Made by a program: the position numbers and the translations under genes. From NCBI GenBank assembly GCA_028345515.1, contig JAOMDP010000002.1, positions 65,180-129,179 of the forward strand: 64,000 bases of DNA, given 5' to 3'. The DNA comes from Nitrospinota bacterium (GTDB lineage: Bacteria > Nitrospinota > Nitrospinia > Nitrospinales > VA-1). This document shows positions 1 through 10,581 of this stretch, one piece after another (position 1 is the stretch's first letter; each line of letters begins with the position of its first letter). The notes beneath the pieces are model-generated. The model saw only the letters and a program-made list of their open reading frames with translations. It had not been told where the DNA came from and made no database searches.

Positions 1-133
1 ATCACTTATAGATTAAACCCATAATGCTTTAGTGGATAAATTCTTTTGATACTAATGAGTTTTTTAACATTAATAGAACCTTTTGGATTAAACACAAGAT
101 ATTAATGAAAAAATAAGGAAGGGTTTAAATCAA

Positions 134-541
134 CTATTTTTGTTTACTGAGAAGGGTTTTTAGGGTAAGAAATCCATAACCTATTAAAAAAAAGCCTATT
201 AGGCCACTCGAAAATGAATTCTGCCCGACGGCACTGGTAAAAACAAAAATTCCCATACCGCTTAAAAGTAGCCCCAGAAAAAAATAAGCACCGGTTCTAT
301 AAAAAGGCGTTTTTGATTCAGATTTTTCTATTTCACCTCGCTTTTGCTTGAGCTGCCAACGCCATCTAAGAATATAATAAGTTTGCCGAACCCAGTTTAT
401 TAACCCCGCATCTTCAATCAGGCTGGTGCGGCAGTACATGCAATGGCTATCTGTATTGCGGTTGGGGAAACCACAATTAAGACATAGCTTTGACTCTTGA
501 TTTCCACTTAGAGTTATCGGTTCTTTTTTAGAGTCATCCAT
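134..541 (-). CDS. Hypothetical zinc-ribbon membrane protein
   Basis: 135-aa ORF. Paired CxxC motifs (CLNCG...CMYCR) near the N-terminus, hydrophobic helices near the C-terminus. Confidence 0.55.
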   Translation of the reverse strand: MDDSKKEPITLSGNQESKLCLNCGFPNRNTDSHCMYCRTSLIEDAGLINWVRQTYYILRWRWQLKQKRGEIEKSESKTPFYRTGAYFFLGLLLSGMGIFVFTSAVGQNSFSSGLIGFFLIGYGFLTLKTLLSKQK

Positions 542-773
542 TTATAGCTCCTGATTTATCTTATTAATCGGCTACCAATATGAATAAGTTTAAAAAATCT
601 TTGTTGTTTTAAGGATGCGAAATTCTATTACTTATATACAAAGCTGTCAATTTTCATTAGCCCATGGATATAGATACGGTTAATATTTTTTTTAAAATGC
701 CATTTCAATTACCCGATTGCCTTGCTGCATTGATTTGTCTATAATCCCATTTTTAAAAATCCAGCCAATAGCA

Positions 774-1562
774 ATGAAGACCATAATTTTATTAATTTTG
801 TCTATAGTTTTAATTTTCCCGGCTTATGGTGAAAAACCAGTACCGATGGGCATGGTATTAATTCAAAAAGGAGCTTTCCAAATGGGAAGCAAAAAATCTA
901 TGCTTGAGTTGAGGCCACATGATCTATTTAATACCGATAGACATACATTGGGTCCTGAAAATCCCGCGCACGAAATCTATCTTGACAGTTTTTATATAGA
1001 TATATACGAAGTCACAAATTCTGCTTATGCCAAATATATGGAGAAAACAGGAGCTAAAAACCCAAAGGGTTGGAATAATAAAGATTTTAACAAGTTGCAG
1101 CAGCCTGTGGTGGGAATGAATTGGAAAGAAGCCGTAAAATTTTGTAAATGGAACGGGAAACGGTTGCCGACAGAAGCGGAGTGGGAAAAAGCAGCTCGGG
1201 GAAAACGTCCAGTAAAATATCCTTGGGGTAACACGCCTCCTGATTCCAACAATCTCAACTATAATGAGGAAATAAAAAAAACTACGGCGGTTGGTTCTTT
1301 CGAAAAGGGAAAGTCAGATTATGGCCTCTATGACCTTTCTGGGAATGTATCCGAATGGGTAAGCGATTGGCATTCTCCTGAATACTATCTCTTTTCGCCA
1401 AAAAAAAATCCCCAAGGGCCCAAGAAAGGACAATATAAAGTTATTCGTGGAGGTAGCTGGAGAAACAATGCTGAAGACGTTAACCTTGTATATCGAAATG
1501 CCACTACTCCTAGAAACCGTTCTTTGGCAATCGGCTTTCGCTGTGCCAAGTCGTCAGACTAG
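774..1562 (+). CDS. Secreted formylglycine-generating-enzyme (SUMF1/FGE) domain protein
   Basis: ATG at 774 gives the signal peptide MKTIILLILSIVLIFPAYG. FGE-sulfatase hallmarks: LPTEAEWEKAARG, YPWGN, RGGSWRN, GFRCA. The ORF-track start at 717 is a TTG upstream of the signal peptide. Confidence 0.85.
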   Translation: MKTIILLILSIVLIFPAYGEKPVPMGMVLIQKGAFQMGSKKSMLELRPHDLFNTDRHTLGPENPAHEIYLDSFYIDIYEVTNSAYAKYMEKTGAKNPKGWNNKDFNKLQQPVVGMNWKEAVKFCKWNGKRLPTEAEWEKAARGKRPVKYPWGNTPPDSNNLNYNEEIKKTTAVGSFEKGKSDYGLYDLSGNVSEWVSDWHSPEYYLFSPKKNPQGPKKGQYKVIRGGSWRNNAEDVNLVYRNATTPRNRSLAIGFRCAKSSD

Positions 1563-2752
1563 GGCTGCAATTGTTTGATTTTATCCAATAGGATATTTGC
1601 AATTTCTTTTTTGGTCATTCGGGGAAGATTTTCAATTCTTTCACTGGAATCAATTAAGGACACCTGATTATTATCCGACTGAAATCCGATGCCGGGCGCG
1701 CTGATATCGTTAGCCACAATCAAGTCGAGTTTCTTATTTCTTAACTTTTCTAGCGCACTTTGAATCAAGTTTTGCGTTTCCGCTGCAAATCCAACTACAA
1801 ACTGTTTAGTTTTAACTTTAGAAACTTCCATTAGAATATCTTTAGTAGGGACAAGATTCAGAACCAAGCTATCCCCGCTACACTTTTTAATTTTTTCCTT
1901 TTCCAGTGTTTCCGCTGTGAAATCTCCTACCGCCGCAGTCATAACTAGCACATCACATTCAGGCAAATACTTCTGTACCAAACTATTCATTTCTGCTGCA
2001 GTTTTACAAGGCGTGAATTTGGCTACCGCAGGCGGTTTAAGATAGGTAGGACCGCTGATCAAAGTCACTTCAGCGCCTCGTATTTGCGCCGTGTCAGCAA
2101 TCGCATATCCCATTTTCCCGGAGGAGGGATTAGAAAGATACCTGACTGGGTCCAAGGGTTCATGAGTCGGACCCGCTGTCACAAGAATTCTCAGTCCCTG
2201 TAAATCCTCAAGTTTGGTAAAATGTTTTTTTACCTTATTTAAAATGGTATCGAGATTTGCCAATCGACCGAGGCCAGTGCTCCCACATGCTAATGTCCCT
2301 ACTTCTGGATCGACAAACTCTACACCTCTTGCTTTTAATTTTTCTATATTCTCCTGAACCGCCAAGTTTTCCCACATACCCCCATTCATTGCAGGCGCAA
2401 CCATTACATGTCCCTTAAATGCTAAATAGAGACTGCTCAGAGCATCATCTGCCAAACCATTTGCCATCTTGCCTAATGTAGAAGCTGTAGCGGGGGCTAC
2501 CAATAAAAGGTCGGCTTGCTCAGAAATACGGATATGCTGCATATCAGCAGAGTTTTCAGAATTAAAAAGCTTGTCGTAAACTGGATATCCAGACAGAGCT
2601 TCGAAAGTCAAAGGGGTCACAAACTCTCCCGCATTAGCACTCATGGTTACCCGGACCTCACTGCCCTCTTTAATCATCATTCTTAATAATTCAATAGCCT
2701 TGTAGGCTGATATACCTGCCGACACCGCTAGCGCAATTTTTTTATTTCTCAT
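1559..2752 (-). CDS. coaBC: Bifunctional phosphopantothenoylcysteine decarboxylase / phosphopantothenate-cysteine ligase
   Basis: 397 aa. N-terminal flavoprotein domain (KKIALAVSAGISAYKA) plus C-terminal DFP ligase domain (ILVTAGPTHEPLDPVRYLSNPSSGKMG). Stop overlaps the convergent FGE gene by 4 bp. Confidence 0.95.
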   Translation of the reverse strand: MRNKKIALAVSAGISAYKAIELLRMMIKEGSEVRVTMSANAGEFVTPLTFEALSGYPVYDKLFNSENSADMQHIRISEQADLLLVAPATASTLGKMANGLADDALSSLYLAFKGHVMVAPAMNGGMWENLAVQENIEKLKARGVEFVDPEVGTLACGSTGLGRLANLDTILNKVKKHFTKLEDLQGLRILVTAGPTHEPLDPVRYLSNPSSGKMGYAIADTAQIRGAEVTLISGPTYLKPPAVAKFTPCKTAAEMNSLVQKYLPECDVLVMTAAVGDFTAETLEKEKIKKCSGDSLVLNLVPTKDILMEVSKVKTKQFVVGFAAETQNLIQSALEKLRNKKLDLIVANDISAPGIGFQSDNNQVSLIDSSERIENLPRMTKKEIANILLDKIKQLQP

Positions 2753-3113
2753 TTGATTTCATTCTGGGTTCAATGCCTAGATTATAGTTATTAATTGCAA
2801 TGCAATCAATGCTTTTGGGAGGCATCTTGCTTTAATTACCTTTTGATCTCAAATTTTAAAATGATTGGAAAACAATGAGTCTAGCGCAAATAGTTGTCTT
2901 CCCTTAGTCTACTTATTAAAAAATAGGAAATTTTGAGGATTTATTTTGTGTTAATCCAACCAAGGATTATTCCCCCTTTAATTTAGAAGATTTCCAGTCC
3001 TAGGCCCAACCATTAAACATTGCAATAATAGCTCGATTATTATAAAAACTAAGCGCGGAGGGGAAGCAATACATTTTCCGTAGCCCTTATAATTTAACAA
3101 TTCAATAATTACC

Positions 3114-3488
3114 TTGAGTATAAATTCAAAAAAAATCCTTATAGTAGATGCCCCAAATGATCAGCACACATCTCTGTATCAAGAACTTAAAAGTGAAGGT
3201 TTTACGGTTTCTATTTTTAGTTCTCTTGAGGATGCAGAAAAGGGTGGATACATACCGCAACTCGTCATAATGAACTCAATATTAAATGGTGAAAGTAGCA
3301 TTAAATTTATCGAACTAAATAAAAGCCAAAATATACCTACCATTATTTGCTCAGAATGGGGTAAAGATAAAATGAGTTTTCCCATTTGGGCGTCTGATTT
3401 AAAAGTCGTTAAATCTGGAGATTACAGAGATTTGAAGTTAACCATCCAAGAAATTTTAGGGCAGCTTAAAGGGGTTAGTAACCGATGA
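3114..3488 (+). CDS. Stand-alone receiver-like (pseudo-receiver) domain protein
   Basis: 124 aa with a CheY-like pattern (KILIVDAPND...QLVIMNSILNG...IICSEWG...VVKSGD). Asn occupies the expected phospho-acceptor Asp position. TTG start. The stop overlaps the next gene's start (ATGA). Confidence 0.6.
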   Translation: MSINSKKILIVDAPNDQHTSLYQELKSEGFTVSIFSSLEDAEKGGYIPQLVIMNSILNGESSIKFIELNKSQNIPTIICSEWGKDKMSFPIWASDLKVVKSGDYRDLKLTIQEILGQLKGVSNR

Positions 3489-4135
3489 CGAAATCTACCA
3501 TCGAACCTAGATTCATTGCTGTTGAAGGTGCTATTGGAGCTGGTAAAACATCTCTAGTTAACCTTCTTGGTGAAAATTATGGGGCAAGATTAATATTAGA
3601 GGAAACCGAATCAAATCCATTTATATCTAAATTTTATGAAGATAAAGAAGCATATTCCTTTCAGACCCAAGTTTTTTTTTTACTAAGCCGTTACAACCAA
3701 TATATGCAACTTGCACAAAGGGACCTCTTCAATTCAGTAGTGGTTATTGACTATTTATTCCAACGGGACAAAGTTTTTGCCCGACTCAACTTGGAAGATC
3801 ATGAATATAATTTATACGAACAGATTTTCAGCCTGATTGATGCCAAGGCTCCAAAACCGGATTTAGTCATTTATTTGCAGGCCAGCACAGAAGTATTGCA
3901 GGAAAGAGTTGCCAAGCGAGGGCGAGATTACGAAGCGTTTATGGACCCAGACTACCTCGATTCGGTAAATAAAGCATTCAACAATTTCTTTTTTTATTAT
4001 TCTGAGACACCGCTTTTGGTCATAAATACCAATGATATCGACTTCGTTGAAAAAAAATGTGACCTTGATGAGTTGATAAAAAAGATTAACAGCCATAAAA
4101 TAGGCCGAGAATATTACAATCCGCTTGGATCCTGA
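3485..4135 (+). CDS. Deoxynucleoside kinase (dCK/dGK/dAK family)
   Basis: P-loop IAVEGAIGAGKTSL, DRS-type motif region, LID motif RVAKRGRDYE. Length 216 aa is typical. Confidence 0.85.
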   Translation: MTKSTIEPRFIAVEGAIGAGKTSLVNLLGENYGARLILEETESNPFISKFYEDKEAYSFQTQVFFLLSRYNQYMQLAQRDLFNSVVVIDYLFQRDKVFARLNLEDHEYNLYEQIFSLIDAKAPKPDLVIYLQASTEVLQERVAKRGRDYEAFMDPDYLDSVNKAFNNFFFYYSETPLLVINTNDIDFVEKKCDLDELIKKINSHKIGREYYNPLGS

Positions 4136-4329
4136 TGGACCGGGACGGAGAAAGCTTAGACCAGACAAATAAACGTTTGAAATACGAAGACCCTAAAAGG
4201 CTTTAAGTTTTAGTTTGCGTTTATAAGTCACCTTGCTTCTCTTTGGGCAATTGCCTAAGAGTATCGTTGATTTATTTTCGATCTCTTACCCGCCTCCTAA
4301 CTGATTCCCAGCCATAATTAAAAATAAAA

Positions 4330-5175
4330 ATGAAGAATCTACCTATCACTGTCCCTGCTATTGCAAAACGAAAAAACTCAGGAAAAAAAATTACTGCATT
4401 GACTGCCTACGACTACAGTTTTGCAAAATTGCTGGATAGTACTCCCATTGATATCCTTTTGGTTGGCGACTCGCTTGGAATGGTCTCTCAGGGCCATATA
4501 AATACCCTATCTGTAACCCTTGAAGATATCGTTTACCACACGCGATGCGTTAACCAAGGGGTAGAAAGAGCATTGGTCGTCGCAGACATGCCTTTCATGT
4601 CTTACCAGGTTTCTGTAGAACAAGCCGTGACCAATGCTGGAATTTTAATTCAGCAAGGTGGAGCAGCAGCCGTAAAACTCGAAGGTGGTGAACGGATAAT
4701 CAATCAGGTAAATGCCATTTTAAAAGCTGGAATCCCGGTTATGGGACATATTGGCTTAACTCCTCAATCAGTTCATCAGTTCGGTGGATATAAAATTCAA
4801 GGCAAAAATTTCCTCGACTCCAAGCAAATCAAACAAGATGCAAAGGATTTGCAAAAAGCGGGGGTCTTCTCCTTGGTTTTGGAAGGAATACCAGAAGAAC
4901 TGGCCAAAGAAATCACCAATGATCTCAAAATTCCCACTATAGGAATTGGTGCCGGTTCAAATTGCGATGGGCAAATTCTTGTGACCCATGACCTTCTCGG
5001 GTTGAATCCTGACTTCGCGCCAAAATTTGTCAAACGTTACGCTCATTTATCAGATGTAATTCAAAATGCAGTCATTGATTTCATTAGCGAGGTTCAAAGT
5101 GAAAAATTTCCAGGCTCTGAACACGCCTATAATTTAAAAAAAGGCCCCCTTAAGCAGGTGAATAATGATCGTTGA
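4330..5175 (+). CDS. panB: 3-methyl-2-oxobutanoate hydroxymethyltransferase
   Basis: KITALTAYDYSFAKLLD, LLVGDSLGMV, VKLEGG, GHIGLTPQS. Followed by panC and panD. Confidence 0.95.
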   Translation: MKNLPITVPAIAKRKNSGKKITALTAYDYSFAKLLDSTPIDILLVGDSLGMVSQGHINTLSVTLEDIVYHTRCVNQGVERALVVADMPFMSYQVSVEQAVTNAGILIQQGGAAAVKLEGGERIINQVNAILKAGIPVMGHIGLTPQSVHQFGGYKIQGKNFLDSKQIKQDAKDLQKAGVFSLVLEGIPEELAKEITNDLKIPTIGIGAGSNCDGQILVTHDLLGLNPDFAPKFVKRYAHLSDVIQNAVIDFISEVQSEKFPGSEHAYNLKKGPLKQVNNDR

Positions 5176-6028
5176 TTTAAAACAGCAAACTGTCGTAATT
5201 ACTACAATTGACGAAATGAAAAAAGTAACTGCCGATTTAGATGGGCAAACTCTGGGCTTGATACCAACAATGGGATATTTACACGAAGGTCATATGAGCT
5301 TGGTAAAGCAATCCATTAAAACCTGCGACTATACCGTAGTCAGCATCTTCGTCAACCCCCGACAATTTAGTCCGAATGAAGATCTGGATATTTATCCCCA
5401 TGATTTACCAAGAGATTTAGAAAAATTGGGAGCTGCAGGAGTAAATGCGTTATTTCACCCAGAAAAAGAATTGATTTATCCCGAAGGGTTCAAAACAAAT
5501 ATAGAAGTGGAAACAATTACCGATCAACTATGTGGAAAAAGCAGACCTGATTTATTCAAGGGTGTGGCAACAATAATTGTCAAACTATTTAATATAATTC
5601 GCCCACAACACGCCTTTTTCGGGGAAAAAGATTGGCAGCAACTTGCAGTTATAGAAGCTTTAAACAGGGATTTAAATATGGATGTACAAATTCACAGAGT
5701 TCCTCTAATGCGTGAGCCTGATGGTTTGGCTATGAGTTCTCGAAACAACAATCTTTCACCTGAAGAAAGATTAAAAGCTCTTTGTCTTTCAAAATCCCTG
5801 AAATTTGCAAGGCAAAAAATTAAGCAGGGAGTTATTTCTTCAACCCAATTACGCCAGAGTATAAAAAATATTATTTCCGCTGAGCATGGTATACAAATTG
5901 ATTATATTTCTATTTGTGATCCCATAAGTTTAAAAGAAAAATTCGAGGTGAAAGGCCGAACGCTGATCGCACTGGCAGTAAAAATTGGGCCTACTCGACT
6001 TATCGATAATTGCATAGTAGAGGGCTAA
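5165..6028 (+). CDS. panC: Pantoate-beta-alanine ligase
   Basis: PTMGYLHEGHMSL, FVNPRQF, FGEKDWQQ, GLAMSSRN. Overlaps panB by 11 bp. Confidence 0.95.
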   Translation: MIVDLKQQTVVITTIDEMKKVTADLDGQTLGLIPTMGYLHEGHMSLVKQSIKTCDYTVVSIFVNPRQFSPNEDLDIYPHDLPRDLEKLGAAGVNALFHPEKELIYPEGFKTNIEVETITDQLCGKSRPDLFKGVATIIVKLFNIIRPQHAFFGEKDWQQLAVIEALNRDLNMDVQIHRVPLMREPDGLAMSSRNNNLSPEERLKALCLSKSLKFARQKIKQGVISSTQLRQSIKNIISAEHGIQIDYISICDPISLKEKFEVKGRTLIALAVKIGPTRLIDNCIVEG

Positions 6029-6031
6029 AAA

Positions 6032-6385
6032 TTGCAAAGAATAATGTTAAAATCAAAGCTGCACAGAGCCTCCGTGACAGCCACTGAAATTGATTATGAA
6101 GGTAGTATCGCCATTGATGAGGATTTACTGGAGCTCGTCGATATACAACCATATGAGCAGGTTCATATATATAATATCAATAGTGGTAGTCGCTTTATCA
6201 CTTATGTTATAGCTGCCAAACGGGGTTCAGGTATATTTTCCATAAATGGAGCAGCTGCACGCCTCGCACAGATAAATGATCGCATCATCGTTGCGGCTTA
6301 TGGTAATATAGATACTGATAAAGAAAAATATCAGCCAAAAACATTACTCCTCGATGCATTAAATAAAGTGGTTGAGGATGACTAA
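6032..6385 (+). CDS. panD: Aspartate 1-decarboxylase
   Basis: MLKSKLHRASVT, YEGSIAID (Gly-Ser self-processing site). 117 aa. TTG start 3 nt after the panC stop. Confidence 0.95.
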   Translation: MQRIMLKSKLHRASVTATEIDYEGSIAIDEDLLELVDIQPYEQVHIYNINSGSRFITYVIAAKRGSGIFSINGAAARLAQINDRIIVAAYGNIDTDKEKYQPKTLLLDALNKVVEDD

Positions 6386-6451
6386 TTTAAATAGGAAATT
6401 TTAACCGGGCAATGGTTTTTTAATTGCTCCTAAAAACAAAAAGAGGATAAG

Positions 6452-7225
6452 TTGGGAGAAATATTCAATTATTTGGCATTCGGATTTATGTTATGGATGT
6501 GCATGGATTGTATTCAAAGACGTGAACATTTTGTCTGGATAATAATTATAATTCTGCTTCCGCCAATTGGAGCCGTAGCATATTTTTTTGCAATCAAAAA
6601 TAGGTCTGGCAGTGTAGCCACAAGTAGGGCAACGGGCGGCAACATTATTCCTTTTGGTAAATCCGAGAGAAAAGAAGTAGAGACCGATGAAACTCTACAA
6701 TTAAAAGATTTAATTGGCAAATATCAAAAAGCATATCACTACGAAAAACTCGGACAAGCTTATGTTGAACAAAAAAATTATGACTCCGCTATAGCCAATT
6801 TTGAAGAAGCTATCCAGCGCGATCCTGAAATGCTGGAGGCTAGATACGGTCTTGCAAAATGCCTACATGGTTTGCAACGCTATGATGAAGCCGCTACCGC
6901 ATTAGAAAAACTAACCGCTCTGGATAAAAAATATGACTACGGAAATGCCATTTTTGGACTAGCTGAATCCTACCGTTTAGCTGGAAATGATGAAAAGGCA
7001 TTAGCCGCATATGGAGAAGTGATTAACTCGTTTCATTTCTTCAAAGCTTATTATCACTACGCACGGCTACTGGATAAAAATGGCAAAAAGCAGGAGGCCA
7101 TAGACTACATGAAAAGCATTGTTGGTTCCTCAAAAGATCTGCCTGATTATAAGCTGGAAAAAGAGCGCTTCTGGATCGATGAAGCCTATAAATATTTAAG
7201 GAAGAATGGCATTGAATTAGCATAA
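6452..7225 (+). CDS. Membrane protein with PLD-N-terminal-like small helix pair fused to TPR repeats
   Basis: N-terminus FVWIIIIILLPPIGAVAYFFAIKNR resembles the PLDc_N motif. The C-terminal 170 aa are TPR-like (AYVEQKNYDSAIANFEEAIQRDPEMLEA...). Confidence 0.65.
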   Translation: MGEIFNYLAFGFMLWMCMDCIQRREHFVWIIIIILLPPIGAVAYFFAIKNRSGSVATSRATGGNIIPFGKSERKEVETDETLQLKDLIGKYQKAYHYEKLGQAYVEQKNYDSAIANFEEAIQRDPEMLEARYGLAKCLHGLQRYDEAATALEKLTALDKKYDYGNAIFGLAESYRLAGNDEKALAAYGEVINSFHFFKAYYHYARLLDKNGKKQEAIDYMKSIVGSSKDLPDYKLEKERFWIDEAYKYLRKNGIELA

Positions 7226-7250
7226 ATATAAAGGCTATTACCCTTAAATT

Positions 7251-7805
7251 ATGACCATCCTCTCAAATAATTTAAAAGTAATCCGCAAAAATCTAAACTG
7301 TACACAGACAGCCTTGGCTGAAGTCCTTGAAATAGGATTCAGAACCTATGTCCGCTATGAGGCAGGTGAAAGAGATGCCCCCATTGCAACGTTGGTAAAA
7401 CTAGCACGATTGGGAAACATTTCTCTAGACCGCCTGTTGACAACACAAGTTTTTCCTGAAGATTTAAAAGTTCCCGACCAAAAAATTTTTCCAACTTCAA
7501 AAGCTCCCCTAGAAGTTATTGGAGGTGGTTTAGAAGAAGGACGCCTTATGTTTAAAGGCTTATTAAATGACAATCTAATTAGCACCAATAAAGAAGAGCA
7601 AAAACTTCTTAAATTTTTTCGAGAAATGAACCCCACCAATCAAAAAAAGTTTTTACAAGATACCGAATGGGCTTTTACCAATACTCGCAAATCTGCTCTC
7701 TATCGCAAAACAAAAAAAATCTCACGCAAAGAAGAAAAAGCTAAAAACGCTATCAAACTCAGAAATTTGGCAAAATCTATCAAAAAAACCACCGTCCGCG
7801 GCTAA
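7251..7805 (+). CDS. XRE-family helix-turn-helix transcriptional regulator with Lys-rich tail
   Basis: N-terminal HTH_3 pattern (LKVIRKNLNCTQTALAEVLEIGFRTYVRYEAGERDAPIATLVKLA). Basic C-terminus. Confidence 0.75.
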   Translation: MTILSNNLKVIRKNLNCTQTALAEVLEIGFRTYVRYEAGERDAPIATLVKLARLGNISLDRLLTTQVFPEDLKVPDQKIFPTSKAPLEVIGGGLEEGRLMFKGLLNDNLISTNKEEQKLLKFFREMNPTNQKKFLQDTEWAFTNTRKSALYRKTKKISRKEEKAKNAIKLRNLAKSIKKTTVRG

Positions 7806-7900
7806 CCGGCTAGCCATCGAAATTATTTGTCAAATACCTCATGGAATCTGGTAGAAAAAAATCAACCAATAGATCTATTGGTTACTAACCTTGCTTCAAA

Positions 7901-9748
7901 CTATTTGCGTAGAAATTTTTTAAGGATGTCGTCCATATCGAATAGAAGCGATATGGGTCTTCCGTGTGGGCAGGTAAATGGCATACTCGTTTGCTCTAAA
8001 TCAGAAATCAGTTTGCGAATCTGTTCAAGGTTCAAAGGGTGGTTTACCTTAATTGCATTGCGGCAGGACATCATTATCAAGATATCTTCATATTTGTCAT
8101 GCAAAATATCTTCATGACCTCCTTTTGGAAGAAGCTCGATGGTATCTCGAAGTATTTTTTCATTATCAATATTTTTCAGAATAGCTGGAACAGAACGCAA
8201 AAGAAACTCGTTCTTACCAAAGGTTTCTAGTTCCAACCCCAAATGTTGCAATCGTTCAAGATGAGGAGTCAGTATTTCTGTCTCTGCAGCAGAGAGTTCA
8301 ACCGTAAGTGGAAATAAAAGGTTTTGCACTTCGATTTTTCTTTCCTTTGCTGCTTCGCGGAACCTTTCATATAAAATTCGTTCATGGGCCACATGTTGGT
8401 CTACCACCAATAATCCCTTTTTTCCCTGCATAATAATAAATGAGCTATCTAACTGACCCAGCGGTTCAAATTCGGAGTAAATAAGATTCGAAACTGGAAT
8501 GGGTGGCTTATCGAAACCTATAACCTGTTGGGGTGAAGAAGGCACTTGCTGTTCGAAACCAACTGAATAATTCTTTCCTCTTAAAAGCTCGGATATTTTT
8601 TCTTGTTCAAACGAACAAGTTTCATACTTTTTGCTCACTCCAGAAGGTATCTTTTGTTTAAAAACGCGATTTTGAGAACTGGGACTTATTGGGATATCGT
8701 CATAAACAGGTCGAGTTTCTTCGACCGGTGTCTGTACATTTTTCTCAAGGGCATCGCGGATACTTCGTGATACAAATTGATGAACATCCTGCTGAAAAGC
8801 AAAACGCACCTCAGCTTTAGAGGGGTGAACATTCACATCCAATAACTTGGGGTCCATGTTCAAAAATAAAAATAGGGCCGGATGTTGACCTTTTGGCAAT
8901 AAATGACTATATCCTTGCTGTGTGGCATGAAGTATTACCTTATCACGGACGAATCGTCCATTGATGAAGCAATATTGTGCAGACCGATTAGATCGGCTAT
9001 ATACCGGATTTGAAACATAGCCTTGCAGCTTATAATCTGCGGAATTTGATGTAACCTGCACCAATGACTTGGCAAGATCAGCTCCAAAAAGTTCTGCTAT
9101 ACGGTAATGAATCTGATCGGTGGGCAGAGTTTGAATGACCTCCCTGCCATTATGAGTAAGTTGAAAGTGAATGTTTGGATAAGCTAACGCATGTTGCGTG
9201 ACCACCTGAGTAATATGTGAAAACTCGGTAGAGTCTCCTTTTAAAAATTTACTACGTGCAGGGGTCACATAAAATAATTGATCCACTTCAATTGTTGTCC
9301 CTTGCGGACAAGCAAAATCTTTTTCTTCTATAAGGTTTCCCCCCTCTATTACGATTAATTTTCCTCCTTGATTTTCATTACGAGCACTAATGCAGCGAAC
9401 CTTTGAAACGGAGGCAACACTAGGTAAAGCTTCTCCTCGAAAGCCCAGCGATCGAATAGACTCTAGATCGCTAAATTCAGAAATTTTACTGGTTGCATGC
9501 CTGGAGAAAGCGATACTGCACTCTTCTGGCAACATCCCAATACCATTATCCATAACACGAATTTTCTTTTTACCTCCGCCCTCAATATCTAGTCGAATAA
9601 TAGTAGCGCCTGCATCGATTGAGTTTTCAACCAACTCCTTAACAACAGAGGCCGGTCGTTCCACGACCTCCCCTGCGGCTATCTGGTTTGCCAAATCTTC
9701 AGAAAGAACACGTATTTGCGGGTTATTTTTATCTTCCGGGGAGAACAT
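7901..9748 (-). CDS. mutL: DNA mismatch repair protein MutL
   Basis: IRVLSEDLANQIAAGEVVERPASVVKELVENSIDAG, GFRGEAL, and a C-terminal dimerisation domain. 615 aa. Confidence 0.95.
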   Translation of the reverse strand: MFSPEDKNNPQIRVLSEDLANQIAAGEVVERPASVVKELVENSIDAGATIIRLDIEGGGKKKIRVMDNGIGMLPEECSIAFSRHATSKISEFSDLESIRSLGFRGEALPSVASVSKVRCISARNENQGGKLIVIEGGNLIEEKDFACPQGTTIEVDQLFYVTPARSKFLKGDSTEFSHITQVVTQHALAYPNIHFQLTHNGREVIQTLPTDQIHYRIAELFGADLAKSLVQVTSNSADYKLQGYVSNPVYSRSNRSAQYCFINGRFVRDKVILHATQQGYSHLLPKGQHPALFLFLNMDPKLLDVNVHPSKAEVRFAFQQDVHQFVSRSIRDALEKNVQTPVEETRPVYDDIPISPSSQNRVFKQKIPSGVSKKYETCSFEQEKISELLRGKNYSVGFEQQVPSSPQQVIGFDKPPIPVSNLIYSEFEPLGQLDSSFIIMQGKKGLLVVDQHVAHERILYERFREAAKERKIEVQNLLFPLTVELSAAETEILTPHLERLQHLGLELETFGKNEFLLRSVPAILKNIDNEKILRDTIELLPKGGHEDILHDKYEDILIMMSCRNAIKVNHPLNLEQIRKLISDLEQTSMPFTCPHGRPISLLFDMDDILKKFLRK

Positions 9749-10110
9749 AACATTCCTTGCCAGTTTGGTTTTACAGACTTTAGCCTGTGCTTAAAGAGCT
9801 TGCAAATATTTAAAGCTTTAGGTTTATGTCTTAAACTTAAGGGAATTTGCGGTATTTGTAATACAAAAAGAACAAAGAAATAAGGGATAAGCTACTTGCA
9901 AGTTTTTAAAATAAATTAAAAAAGGTTGTAAGCCAATTAGCATGGACCTGCTAAACATTTTTTAAGACAATATTATGAATTTTCTCTACTTCTTACTTAA
10001 ACAACATTCAAATACTCAAAAAAATAACTTTAAAGCACCTATAATTACTATCAACAGATAAAGAAAAAACCCCAAAGTATGGACTTATCGGCTTTGAGAA
10101 ACCTGAATAA

Positions 10111-10581
10111 TTACCAACCGGCTTTCAACATATTATCCAGCTCGGATTTTAATTTATTACTTTGTTGAGAAAGAGGCTCTTTGGGATTTGGCAATTGAAT
10201 AGACGCCATCAATTTATCATGTATTTTTTTTATACTTATTACACCGTTACGCATCACTGTTAGTTCGCTACATCCATTTTCCTTTGAGTCAACAAGCAAT
10301 TTTTCCATAACCACAGTATATCTATCAAGATTACCAAATAGAATATTCATATGGCGGTTATATTTATCAATAATTTGGTTGCTTTGAAGTGTCTGGTGGA
10401 GAACCTTGTGAACCTTTAAAGCTTTATTTAATCGCACTTTAAAAAAACTCTTTAGTTCAATGCAACTTTCATTTTGTTTAGCACCTTGGTTTCTAACATC
10501 AGTTGTTTGTGCATGAACCATGGCTGTCGAGCACATAAAAAATAAGGTTATGCTTAATGTAATTCTTTTAATATTTTTCAT
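10111..10581 (-). CDS. Secreted hypothetical protein
   Basis: 156 aa. Signal peptide MKNIKRITLSITLFFMCSTAMVHA, helical body, two Cys. No family recognised. Confidence 0.55.
   Translation of the reverse strand: MKNIKRITLSITLFFMCSTAMVHAQTTDVRNQGAKQNESCIELKSFFKVRLNKALKVHKVLHQTLQSNQIIDKYNRHMNILFGNLDRYTVVMEKLLVDSKENGCSELTVMRNGVISIKKIHDKLMASIQLPNPKEPLSQQSNKLKSELDNMLKAGW

Noticed and set aside
7827-9794. Plus-strand ORFs 7827-8117, 8039-8230 and 9390-9794
   Set aside because: They are antisense to the confidently identified mutL and show no RBS or family resemblance.
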